A DNA stretch of 32,000 nucleotides, from the NCBI RefSeq assembly GCF_000015805.1, contig NC_009073.1, positions 1,110,001-1,142,000 of the forward strand, given 5' to 3'. The notes below the pieces were generated by a model, which saw only the letters and a program-made list of their open reading frames with translations, ran no database searches and had not been told where the DNA came from. Of the stretch, positions 14,137 to 21,184 are shown piece by piece. Source of the stretch: Pyrobaculum calidifontis JCM 11548. GTDB taxonomy: Archaea; Thermoproteota; Thermoprotei; Thermoproteales; Thermoproteaceae. The position numbers and the translations under genes were made by a program. Position 1 is the stretch's first letter; every line of letters begins with the position of its first letter.

Positions 14137-14889
14137 ATGGACTTCCTGGCCGCGGTCAAGCGGGCTGTTGAGCTCAGGCTGGCCACGGAGCCCCCGCCGC
14201 CTCCCCGCACGGCGCCGCTGGTGGACTTCGCCAAGGGGCTCGGGGAGTTTGGGATAATTGCCGAGTACAAGCGCGCCTCGCCGCGGGGCGTAGTAAGGCT
14301 GGACCTACCCCCCTGGGCCTACTTCGCCGAGGTATACCCCCACGTCTCCGCTTTCTCAGTACTGACAGAGCCCTTCTGGTTCCTAGGCGACTACCGCTTC
14401 CTGCCCCTGGCCAAGGCCTTTAAGCCCGTCTTAATGAAGGACTTTATAATAGACAAGAGGCAGATAGACGCCGCCTACGGCTACGGCGCAGACGCCGTGC
14501 TCATAATATACAAGCTCGTGGGGAGGGAGAAGGCGATGGAGTTGGCCGAGTACGCCCAGCGCCTAGGCCTAACCCCAGTGGTGGAGGTGGACAACGTCCA
14601 AGACGCCAAGGAGGTGGCCACCTGGGGCGGGAGAGTGGTGTTGGGGATAAACGCGAGAGACCTGCGAACTCTCGAGGTGAGCCTCTCCAGGGCCTTTGAG
14701 GTGGCCAAGGCGCTGAGGGGGGACGTGGATTACATAATTGAAAGCGGCATCTCCAAGCCGGAGGAGGTGGAGAGGGCCTGCGAGGTCTACGCAAGAGGCG
14801 TGTTGGTTGGGACGGCCCTGATGAAAAACCCGCAGTTGGCCAAGGAGCTTGCCCACGCCGCACATCGGGCTTGTAAGGCTCGTTCATAA
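14137..14889 (+). CDS. trpC: Indole-3-glycerol-phosphate synthase
   Basis: IIAEYKRASPRG matches the E-x-K-x-x-SPS-type motif. FSVLTEPFWF, MKDFIID, GINARDL and ESGI are also present. Confidence 0.9.
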   Translation: MDFLAAVKRAVELRLATEPPPPPRTAPLVDFAKGLGEFGIIAEYKRASPRGVVRLDLPPWAYFAEVYPHVSAFSVLTEPFWFLGDYRFLPLAKAFKPVLMKDFIIDKRQIDAAYGYGADAVLIIYKLVGREKAMELAEYAQRLGLTPVVEVDNVQDAKEVATWGGRVVLGINARDLRTLEVSLSRAFEVAKALRGDVDYIIESGISKPEEVERACEVYARGVLVGTALMKNPQLAKELAHAAHRACKARS

Positions 14890-15293
14890 GGGGAGTGAAA
14901 CATCTGTAACTACAGTAACGTGGAGAGTCCCATCAAAATAGTTACCTAACTTTTATCCATTTTTCATACTGAATAAATCGTATATTTCTATATAGTTTAT
15001 TTGACAAAATTGTTCTAAATATATGTCTAAATTCTGAAAACTGTGTAAAGAGCGATTTTCAAGCCTAAGTAGATCTTGACGGCGGGCTCAACTCTGTCAA
15101 GCACTGGGTGGCCGCCGTTTTGGGCAATCGGCTTTCCGCTTTTCACCGTGTCGGCGCCGCTTTGACAAAGGAAATGTAAATGGGAAGTGCGGCGTTCAGT
15201 TGTCTTGCTTGTGTAAATCAAGTGTTAGACGGCGGCTAATCATTGGCCGCATTTTAGTACCTGATATCTCACTGCGTGTTCAAGCTTGCGTAG

Positions 15294-17156
15294 GTGGTTT
15301 TAAAACGTGTTTTTAACATGGAGAGAGAAGTGGTTGTCAACAGGGCTTTGGAGGAGTTCCGCGAGAGGCTTTTGAGGTGGGACGAGCTGTGCGAACAGCT
15401 AAGGGAGCTCTACTACAGGTACCTCGACCTAGCGGCCTTCCGCTCGGAAAAGTGCTACTTCCCCGGCAGAAAGTGCAAGAGGCCGTGGAAGCGGGAGTAC
15501 GACGTAGGCGATCTCACCCTCATGTGGACGTACATTATGAACACCGCGCCGCTATGCGGCAAGCTCATAAGGGCGTTGGCGGAAGTGGAGTACGAGATAC
15601 GCAAAAGGGCAATAGAGAGTCTTGAAAAGTATGGCGGTGTTAAAAAGAAGGTGAGTCCCAACGGTGGGCGTGAAATAATACATATCCGTTTAAAAAAGCC
15701 AGTATATGGGTATTTAATATTGTGGAATGACAAGCTTTACACAATATGGGGCGAGTTTGATGATTTGCCCAAGAACGGTCGACTGAGAGTCGATGAGGTT
15801 GGGCGTAGAGTTACAAACGTTATAGAGTGGTACAAACGCGGTGAGGAAGTAGAAGTTGAAGTGAAAGAATACGATATTGACAAAGAGTATGAGCGACTGT
15901 GGTTCGAAGTTCCTTTGTCAAATAATATTTCGAAGTTGTTGGGTGGAAGGGACAGGGCGCCGATAGCGCTATTTAGGAATCTCGGGTGGTTGTTGAGTGA
16001 CGACTGGAGACAACTACTTGGACACACAGCTGGCAATTTTGGTCAAATGACTATGAGATTATTCGATTGGATTTCTTTAGTAAAATATAAAATGACGAGA
16101 GAATTCTCACCAAATGTGTTACTAATTTTTAGGTTTATGGTAAATAGAATGACAAAGACAAAAAACGGTGAAAATCCCATAGTGAAAATACGGCCTATTG
16201 GTACTGCGGTCGAAGCCGTTCAAGCCGCTTACGAGTTGTTTGGAATAACGCTGGGTAAGACTGAGGAAGTGCTTGCCCGCGGCTATGCCGTGCTGGGGGC
16301 GCTGAAAGAAGAGGCCTTTAAACGCGATGGCAAAGTATACGTCGTTGACGACGTCAGTGCGTGGATTGCTTTTAGCAACGCCGCGGCGGTAGTGGTGTTG
16401 GGCGACGGTTACGTCATGCCAACTGAATTTAGAGTAGTAGCCAAGTTGTCGACGAATAAAACGTTAGCGGGAGAGACGGCGAGAGTGAAAGAGCTAGCAA
16501 AGGCGCTGGGCGGGACGGCGGTTGGGAGAGAGGTAAGACTTCAAAGTTGGCATATGCGCTTATTGCTTCCAATATCGCCAATGCCATCTTTTGAAAAAGC
16601 GACCAAGTTATACAAAGCACTTGTCAATTATTTAGCGGCCGTTATAGTGGAGATTAACGGTACTACATACTTGCTTACACATACTAGGGGTGGCAAATTT
16701 GTAATTGGAAAAGAGAAGGCAAAAACGCTATACGAGACTGTGGAGCGGCTTAAGTTGAGGACAAAATTTGAGAAGAATATGATAGTATTGGCTTACACCC
16801 AACTTAAAGAGTTAGCGAAACGGGGCTTTATCGTTAAATTCCTCAATGATATGGAAAAAGATGCGATAAGAGAAGTAAAACCTGTGTTACCGATGCCCGA
16901 CTTAGAGGAGGTTAGAAAGGTGTTTGAGAAAATAGCTAACGTTGCAAGAATTTCTGTCGGATTGTATCGGGGACGCGAATATGTCTACATTACATTGTAT
17001 GACAAGTCTAAAGTCGAGGAAGTAGCCGCCATGCTTAAAACTGTAGGGATAAGGTTCTCTCTAGTTCGCCAGGAAGGATTATTGTTGGTACGTGAACGAA
17101 GGTCGGTCGAAATAATTTGTAAGTCGATTCTACATCTTTTTCCAGGTCGTCTCTAA
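15294..17156 (+). CDS. Large orphan protein (620 aa), low GC; possibly a Pyrobaculum paralogous-repeat (PaREP2-like) protein, with two LAGLIDADG-like motifs
   Basis: Starts at GTG 15294 or ATG 15318 (MEREVVVN). Motif 1 is LGWLLSDDW (nt 15981-16007) and motif 2 is AAVVVLGDGYV (core nt 16389-16415). The C-terminal third contains repeated beta-alpha-beta-like modules. The PaREP assignment is from memory only and is unverified. Confidence 0.6.
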   Translation: MVLKRVFNMEREVVVNRALEEFRERLLRWDELCEQLRELYYRYLDLAAFRSEKCYFPGRKCKRPWKREYDVGDLTLMWTYIMNTAPLCGKLIRALAEVEYEIRKRAIESLEKYGGVKKKVSPNGGREIIHIRLKKPVYGYLILWNDKLYTIWGEFDDLPKNGRLRVDEVGRRVTNVIEWYKRGEEVEVEVKEYDIDKEYERLWFEVPLSNNISKLLGGRDRAPIALFRNLGWLLSDDWRQLLGHTAGNFGQMTMRLFDWISLVKYKMTREFSPNVLLIFRFMVNRMTKTKNGENPIVKIRPIGTAVEAVQAAYELFGITLGKTEEVLARGYAVLGALKEEAFKRDGKVYVVDDVSAWIAFSNAAAVVVLGDGYVMPTEFRVVAKLSTNKTLAGETARVKELAKALGGTAVGREVRLQSWHMRLLLPISPMPSFEKATKLYKALVNYLAAVIVEINGTTYLLTHTRGGKFVIGKEKAKTLYETVERLKLRTKFEKNMIVLAYTQLKELAKRGFIVKFLNDMEKDAIREVKPVLPMPDLEEVRKVFEKIANVARISVGLYRGREYVYITLYDKSKVEEVAAMLKTVGIRFSLVRQEGLLLVRERRSVEIICKSILHLFPGRL

Positions 17157-17181
17157 TTTTGACTGTGCATGCAGATTGTAC

Positions 17182-17213
17182 CGACGCTTTACCTTTCTTT
17201 TTTCAAAGCGTCG
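17182..17213 (+). terminator. Hairpin with T-rich loop downstream of the 620-aa gene
   Basis: CGACGCTTT (17182-17190) pairs perfectly with AAAGCGTCG (17205-17213). The 14-nt loop is ACCTTTCTTTTTTC. The element starts 26 nt after the TAA stop at 17154-17156. Confidence 0.45.
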
Positions 17214-17544
17214 CTAATGCTGTCAAAAACGAGCGACCATAAACTCCGCCCCGCTGTAGATCCAACGTTTTACACAGTTAAGCTTGCCGTCAAAAATTAT
17301 TAGGTTTGAAAACGCTCTTTACAGAGTTTTCAAGGTTTCGATATGTGTCCAGAGTTGAATTAATAAAGTGAATATATAGAGATATATAGTGAAGCAATAC
17401 ATGGTAACAAATGCCTATGGTAGATGGGATCAACGAGAAATTGAACCTCTCCAGACTACTAATTGATACACACCACGCCGCTGAGAAGTGTAGACAGAGG
17501 CGGTGAAGCGGCGCCGCGGCGCATATACATTTAAATATGTCTGA

Positions 17545-18453
17545 GTGCCCGCCGCCGTGGATAAGCTGAGGGCTGCACTCACCTCGCTTCTGGCCGGGGT
17601 TGCAGTCACGGCTCTCAAGGCGGTTGCCTGGGCCCTCAGTGGCTCTGTTGCAGTGCTTGCAGACGCGGTGCACTCGGCGGTGGACCTGCTGGCCGTCACT
17701 ATTACGTACCTCGCGGTGAGGGCCAGCCTAAAGCCCCCGGATGAGGAGCACCCCTACGGGCACCAAAAGGCTGAGCTTCTTGGAGGCGTCGGGGGCTCGC
17801 TTGCGGTGATGGCATCGGCGGCCTTTGTGGCATATGAGGCCGTGCATAGGCTCATCCACTGGGAGATCTACACGCCGACCCTCATAGGGCTCGCCGTGGT
17901 GGCCGTCGCAATCTTCGTAGACTTCAACAGAGTGGTGGTGCTGAGGAGGTTTAAGGGCGTGTCCAGGGCCCTTGAGGCAGACGCCCTCCACTTCTCCACA
18001 GAACTGGCCTCCTCCACGGCCATAGCCGCGGTGCTGGCCTTTGGGCTAATTGCCTCGGCCCAACTGCCCAACCTCTTTGCGACGTGGGGGCCGCTGATAG
18101 ACGCCGCAGTGGCGCTGGCGCTAGTGGCGTATTTCACAAAGCTGAGCTTGTCGCTTCTCAAGACGTCGGTGGTTGAGCTACTCGACTACGCCCCCCCGGA
18201 CGTGGTGGCCCGGGCCAGGTCCAGAGCCGCGGCTGTGGAAGGCGTCAGAGCCGTGTCGGCTGTGAAAGTGCGCAAGGCAGGCTCGGTGTACCACGCAGAG
18301 GTCACAATAGCCGTAGACGAGAACTTGACGGTGGCCGCGGCCCACGAGATAGCGGACAAGGTGGAGAAGGTGCTCAGGGGCGAGCTAGGCGGAGACGTGA
18401 CTGTACACGTGGAGCCCTACAAAGAGCGGCGCTCAGAAACAAGCACCGCCTAG
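17545..18453 (+). CDS. Cation diffusion facilitator (CDF) family metal efflux transporter
   Basis: LADAVHSAVDLLAV in TM2, EEHPYGHQKAELLGG, DALHFSTE in TM5, and a C-terminal cytoplasmic domain (YHAEVTIAV...HVEP). Starts at GTG 17545 or in-frame GTG 17557; the TATA-like TTTAAATA at 17530-17537 favours the latter. Confidence 0.85.
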   Translation: MPAAVDKLRAALTSLLAGVAVTALKAVAWALSGSVAVLADAVHSAVDLLAVTITYLAVRASLKPPDEEHPYGHQKAELLGGVGGSLAVMASAAFVAYEAVHRLIHWEIYTPTLIGLAVVAVAIFVDFNRVVVLRRFKGVSRALEADALHFSTELASSTAIAAVLAFGLIASAQLPNLFATWGPLIDAAVALALVAYFTKLSLSLLKTSVVELLDYAPPDVVARARSRAAAVEGVRAVSAVKVRKAGSVYHAEVTIAVDENLTVAAAHEIADKVEKVLRGELGGDVTVHVEPYKERRSETSTA

Positions 18454-19413
18454 GGTATAGCAGTAGGCGTAGTATACGTAGCTGGCCAGGCCTAGGGGTG
18501 CTGAGAGGCCGAAGTAGCCAAAGCGCCATACAATCGCTATTTCCACAATGGAGACAAAAATCGCAATCACAAGGGCCGTTATCGCAGCTGGCTCTAGAGT
18601 GTAGATCCCTAACGCCATGGCAAGGCCTGGGTAAAACGTGCTGTACAACGCCTTCTCCCCTACCACCGCGCTGACCCCCTCGTCGTCTTTGCCCTTAGCT
18701 ATGAAGATAAGCGCTACTATTGACTCAGGAACCACGGTGGCTATGGGTATTAATATGACAGAAAGCGCCAGCTTGTCTAACCCAAGAGCCGCGCCAATCT
18801 CCCTTATTCCACTCACCATCCACTCGGCGCCAAAATACATCGCCGCTATAGCGGCAGCTACCTGTAGGGCGGGGTGGCGTAGCCACAGCTTGGCCTCCCC
18901 TCCTCCTGCCTCCTCTTCCTTAAGCATATACCTGGCGTAGAGCACGTATAGCGCGAGTAGGACAAGGCCGTAGAGTTGGCCATATGCCCCGTACTTCTCG
19001 GGGTGAAGGATGAGGATAGGGGCCAGGGGAATTGTAAAGACGAGAAGCGGAATGGCTACCCCCCTATGCACATGGAGAAGCATATATCTCCTCCGCTTAA
19101 AAGCCCACGAGACAAGCGCAACAGCCAACAGCACGGGGTATATGATAGTGGAGGCCATAAAGGGCTGAGCCACGATGGAGCCCCAAGCGATCTCCGCCTG
19201 GCCTTGCAACAGTGCCACAGTGAAGATCGCCAGCTCGGGGCTGGAGGTTATGATAGGGGCAAAGATGGCCGCAACCCCCGTGGCGGCCCTTTTGTAACGC
19301 CAGGAGATAAAGTGGACGAGTTGCTCTATGAGGAGGCCGGCCAACACTGTGAGCAAAACCCCCGCGGCCACCCCAAAGGGCCCTATGGAGGGCACAATCC
19401 CCTCGCCAGCCAT
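18433..19413 (-). CDS. CaCA-family Na+/Ca2+ (cation/Ca2+) exchanger-like membrane protein
   Basis: Two alpha-repeat-like motifs: PIITSSPELAIFTVALLQGQAEIAWGSIVAQPF and PIATVVPESIVALIFIAKG...VVGEKALYSTF. About 10 TM. The 3' end overlaps the CDF gene by 21 nt. Confidence 0.75.
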   Translation of the reverse strand: MAGEGIVPSIGPFGVAAGVLLTVLAGLLIEQLVHFISWRYKRAATGVAAIFAPIITSSPELAIFTVALLQGQAEIAWGSIVAQPFMASTIIYPVLLAVALVSWAFKRRRYMLLHVHRGVAIPLLVFTIPLAPILILHPEKYGAYGQLYGLVLLALYVLYARYMLKEEEAGGGEAKLWLRHPALQVAAAIAAMYFGAEWMVSGIREIGAALGLDKLALSVILIPIATVVPESIVALIFIAKGKDDEGVSAVVGEKALYSTFYPGLAMALGIYTLEPAAITALVIAIFVSIVEIAIVWRFGYFGLSAPLGLASYVYYAYCYTLGGACF

Positions 19414-19432
19414 GCCACGCGGTGAGGCGGGG

Positions 19433-19439
19433 TTTATAT
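19433..19439 (-). promoter_or_regulatory. TATA box of the CaCA gene
   Basis: Plus-strand TTTATAT (ATATAAA on the minus strand) lies about 23 nt upstream of ATG 19413 and only about 15 nt after the stop of the upstream Fe-S gene. Confidence 0.4.
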
Positions 19440-19453
19440 CGTTGATCCCCCTC

Positions 19454-19750
19454 TTACCTCTGGGCGACTCGTCTGTAGTACAAGGCCTTGAAGCTACGTA
19501 TCACCTCGGCGATCCGTATCCCCGCGGGGCACTGGAAGTCGCACGCCCTGCAGTGTAGACAAGTTGCCACTCCACGGAGCGCCTCTTTTCCAACTCCGCC
19601 GTTTGTAAGCGCCATGAGGATGAGGTTGATCCTGCCCCTGGGGCCGTAGTGCCTCTCCCGCGTTGCCACATATGTGGGACAGACGTGTTCACAAAACCCG
19701 CAGAATTGGCACCGCCGAACTTCCTCAAGAATCTCTCTTTCACTGAGCAT
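19454..19750 (-). CDS. Stand-alone 2x[4Fe-4S] ferredoxin-like protein (GlcF N-terminal-domain-like)
   Basis: 98 aa with CQFCGFCEHVCP and CLHCRACDFQCP. No CCG domain. Its ATG shares one nucleotide with the stop of the upstream GlcD paralog (TAATG). Confidence 0.8.
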   Translation of the reverse strand: MLSEREILEEVRRCQFCGFCEHVCPTYVATRERHYGPRGRINLILMALTNGGVGKEALRGVATCLHCRACDFQCPAGIRIAEVIRSFKALYYRRVAQR

Positions 19751-21129
19751 TAGTCCACGATTTTGCCAGGGTTAAATACGCCATAGGGGTCAAACACCCT
19801 CTTCAGCTCTTTCATAAGCTTTAACACGACGTCGCTGCCCTTGGCAGTTGCCGCCTCCCTCAATAGGGCCTTCTTATGTGTGCCAATTCCATGTTCTGCG
19901 CTTATCGTACCTCCCAGCTTAATGGCAAGCCTCCCCACCTCAAGATAGAACTGTCTCACTCTTGACATCTCCTCTTCATCGCTCCTCCTCGCCCATGCCG
20001 CCGGGTGTAAGTTGCCGTCGCCTATGTGTCCGCCCATTGCATACTTTATCCTGTATTTCCTCGCCAGAGTCTCAATTGCCTTAACGGCCTCTCCCAGTTT
20101 GCTTATTGGAACCGCGATATCTTCTATGTAGAGAAAGGCGTCGGTGCCATAGTCTTCAAACGCCGCATTAAGCTGAGCACTGTAAAGTCTCCTCCTCGGT
20201 TCTAACAGCTTATTAAATTCGCCAAGAGACGACGCCACTGCGATAATTTCACCCCTGCTGGACAGCACGTTGCTGAGAGCATTTAACATGTTTTTCTCGC
20301 CCCCCGGCGTCACTTCACAGCCAAGCCACAGGTAGTACCCCTCCCCGAGGCCCACCAGCTTGGCCACCTCTCTATCCACGAACTCGGCCACCGTGGGCCA
20401 GATCCTCGACCTCCTCACCTCTATCACCGCGTCTACTAGCGGCATTACGTCTTGGAACCGCGACATAACTCCTACAAAAGACTGCGGCAACGGCGCCAGT
20501 CTAAGAGTTGCCTCAGTGACAATGCCCAACGTCCCCTCACTGCCGATGAAAAGTTGCATAAGGTTGTACCCCTCGCGGCATTTCACAGTGGAACAGCCCA
20601 CCCTGATCACATCCCCAGTGCCTATGACTGCCTCAAGAGCTAGTACCCAATGAGAAGCCGGGCCGTATCTAGCCCCCTTGACTCCTCCGCCGCCATTTGC
20701 TATGACGCCCCCCACCGACGCCGCCCTTGCGGATGCGGGGTCAACAGGCCACTGAAGCCCATACTTAGAGAGTTCCAAGTTAAGCTCATCCACCCTAATG
20801 CCAGGTTGCACCCGTGCATACCAATCCACGTCGGAGATTTCTAAAACTTTTACCATTTTTTCAAAAGAAACAGCTACCACTCCCTCTTCCTTTGTTACAG
20901 TATTTCCAGAAAGGCTAGTGGAAGAGGCTAGAGGTACAATCTTAAGCCTGTTTTTAATAGCAGTTTTCACCAGCTCAACCACCTCATCTGGATTTGCTGG
21001 ATAAACCACAGCCAGGGGAAGACGGCCAGACTCAGAAGAGGCCTCTCTACTATAAAGAGCCAGTATCTGCGGCTCTGTATATAACCGATCCCCGAAAATT
21101 GACTCAAGTTCTTTGAGAACGGTCTTCAC
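19750..21129 (-). CDS. FAD-linked oxidase, GlcD/D-lactate dehydrogenase family (paralog 2)
   Basis: 459 aa. FAD-binding PCMH domain (VVYPANPDEVVELV...PLASSTSLSGN) and a C-terminal FAD-oxidase domain (GGTISAEHGIGTHKK...DPYGVFNPGKI). GTG start at 21129. Confidence 0.85.
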   Translation of the reverse strand: MKTVLKELESIFGDRLYTEPQILALYSREASSESGRLPLAVVYPANPDEVVELVKTAIKNRLKIVPLASSTSLSGNTVTKEEGVVAVSFEKMVKVLEISDVDWYARVQPGIRVDELNLELSKYGLQWPVDPASARAASVGGVIANGGGGVKGARYGPASHWVLALEAVIGTGDVIRVGCSTVKCREGYNLMQLFIGSEGTLGIVTEATLRLAPLPQSFVGVMSRFQDVMPLVDAVIEVRRSRIWPTVAEFVDREVAKLVGLGEGYYLWLGCEVTPGGEKNMLNALSNVLSSRGEIIAVASSLGEFNKLLEPRRRLYSAQLNAAFEDYGTDAFLYIEDIAVPISKLGEAVKAIETLARKYRIKYAMGGHIGDGNLHPAAWARRSDEEEMSRVRQFYLEVGRLAIKLGGTISAEHGIGTHKKALLREAATAKGSDVVLKLMKELKRVFDPYGVFNPGKIVD

Positions 21130-21151
21130 ACTATAGACGTGCGTTTTGATA

Positions 21152-21166
21152 TAAAAGCTTTAAATA
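21152..21166. promoter_or_regulatory. Back-to-back TATA boxes for the divergent glcD paralogs
   Basis: TATAAAAG at 21152-21159 (CTTTTATA on the minus strand) lies about 26 nt from GTG 21129. TTTAAATA at 21159-21166 lies about 24 nt from GTG 21185. Confidence 0.5.
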
Positions 21167-21184
21167 AAACTCGGAGGCGTTGTA

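Larger units (their letters stand above)
14890..17544. other. Low-GC island (AT-rich spacers flanking one large orphan gene)
   Basis: Line 16081-16140 is 16/60 GC by hand count. The non-coding flanks are 404 bp and 388 bp, unusually long for this otherwise compact window. Confidence 0.55.

Noticed and set aside
13213-14270. 283-aa ORF 13213-14064(-) and the 5' extension of ORF 13407-14270(-)
   Set aside because: The first is an Arg/Gly-rich off-frame reading of the YhhQ-like gene. The extension (14085-14270) is antisense to trpC and crosses the shared TATA box.
15027-15221. 64-aa minus-strand ORF in the trpC-downstream spacer
   Set aside because: It has a TTG start and no promoter-like element at the right distance. 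It spans the AT-rich/GC-rich boundary, and its composition is unconvincing. The region is kept only as a possible ncRNA.
15836-15862. Short tandem GAAGTN repeats encoding EEVEVEVKE in the 620-aa gene
   Set aside because: Only three units are present. This is ordinary acidic low-complexity coding sequence, not a structured repeat array.
17290-17699. Minus-strand ORFs 17290-17673 and 17430-17699 in the spacer and the CDF 5' region
   Set aside because: They run antisense into the CDF gene. They are Cys/His/Ser-rich without pattern, and there is no TATA at an appropriate distance.
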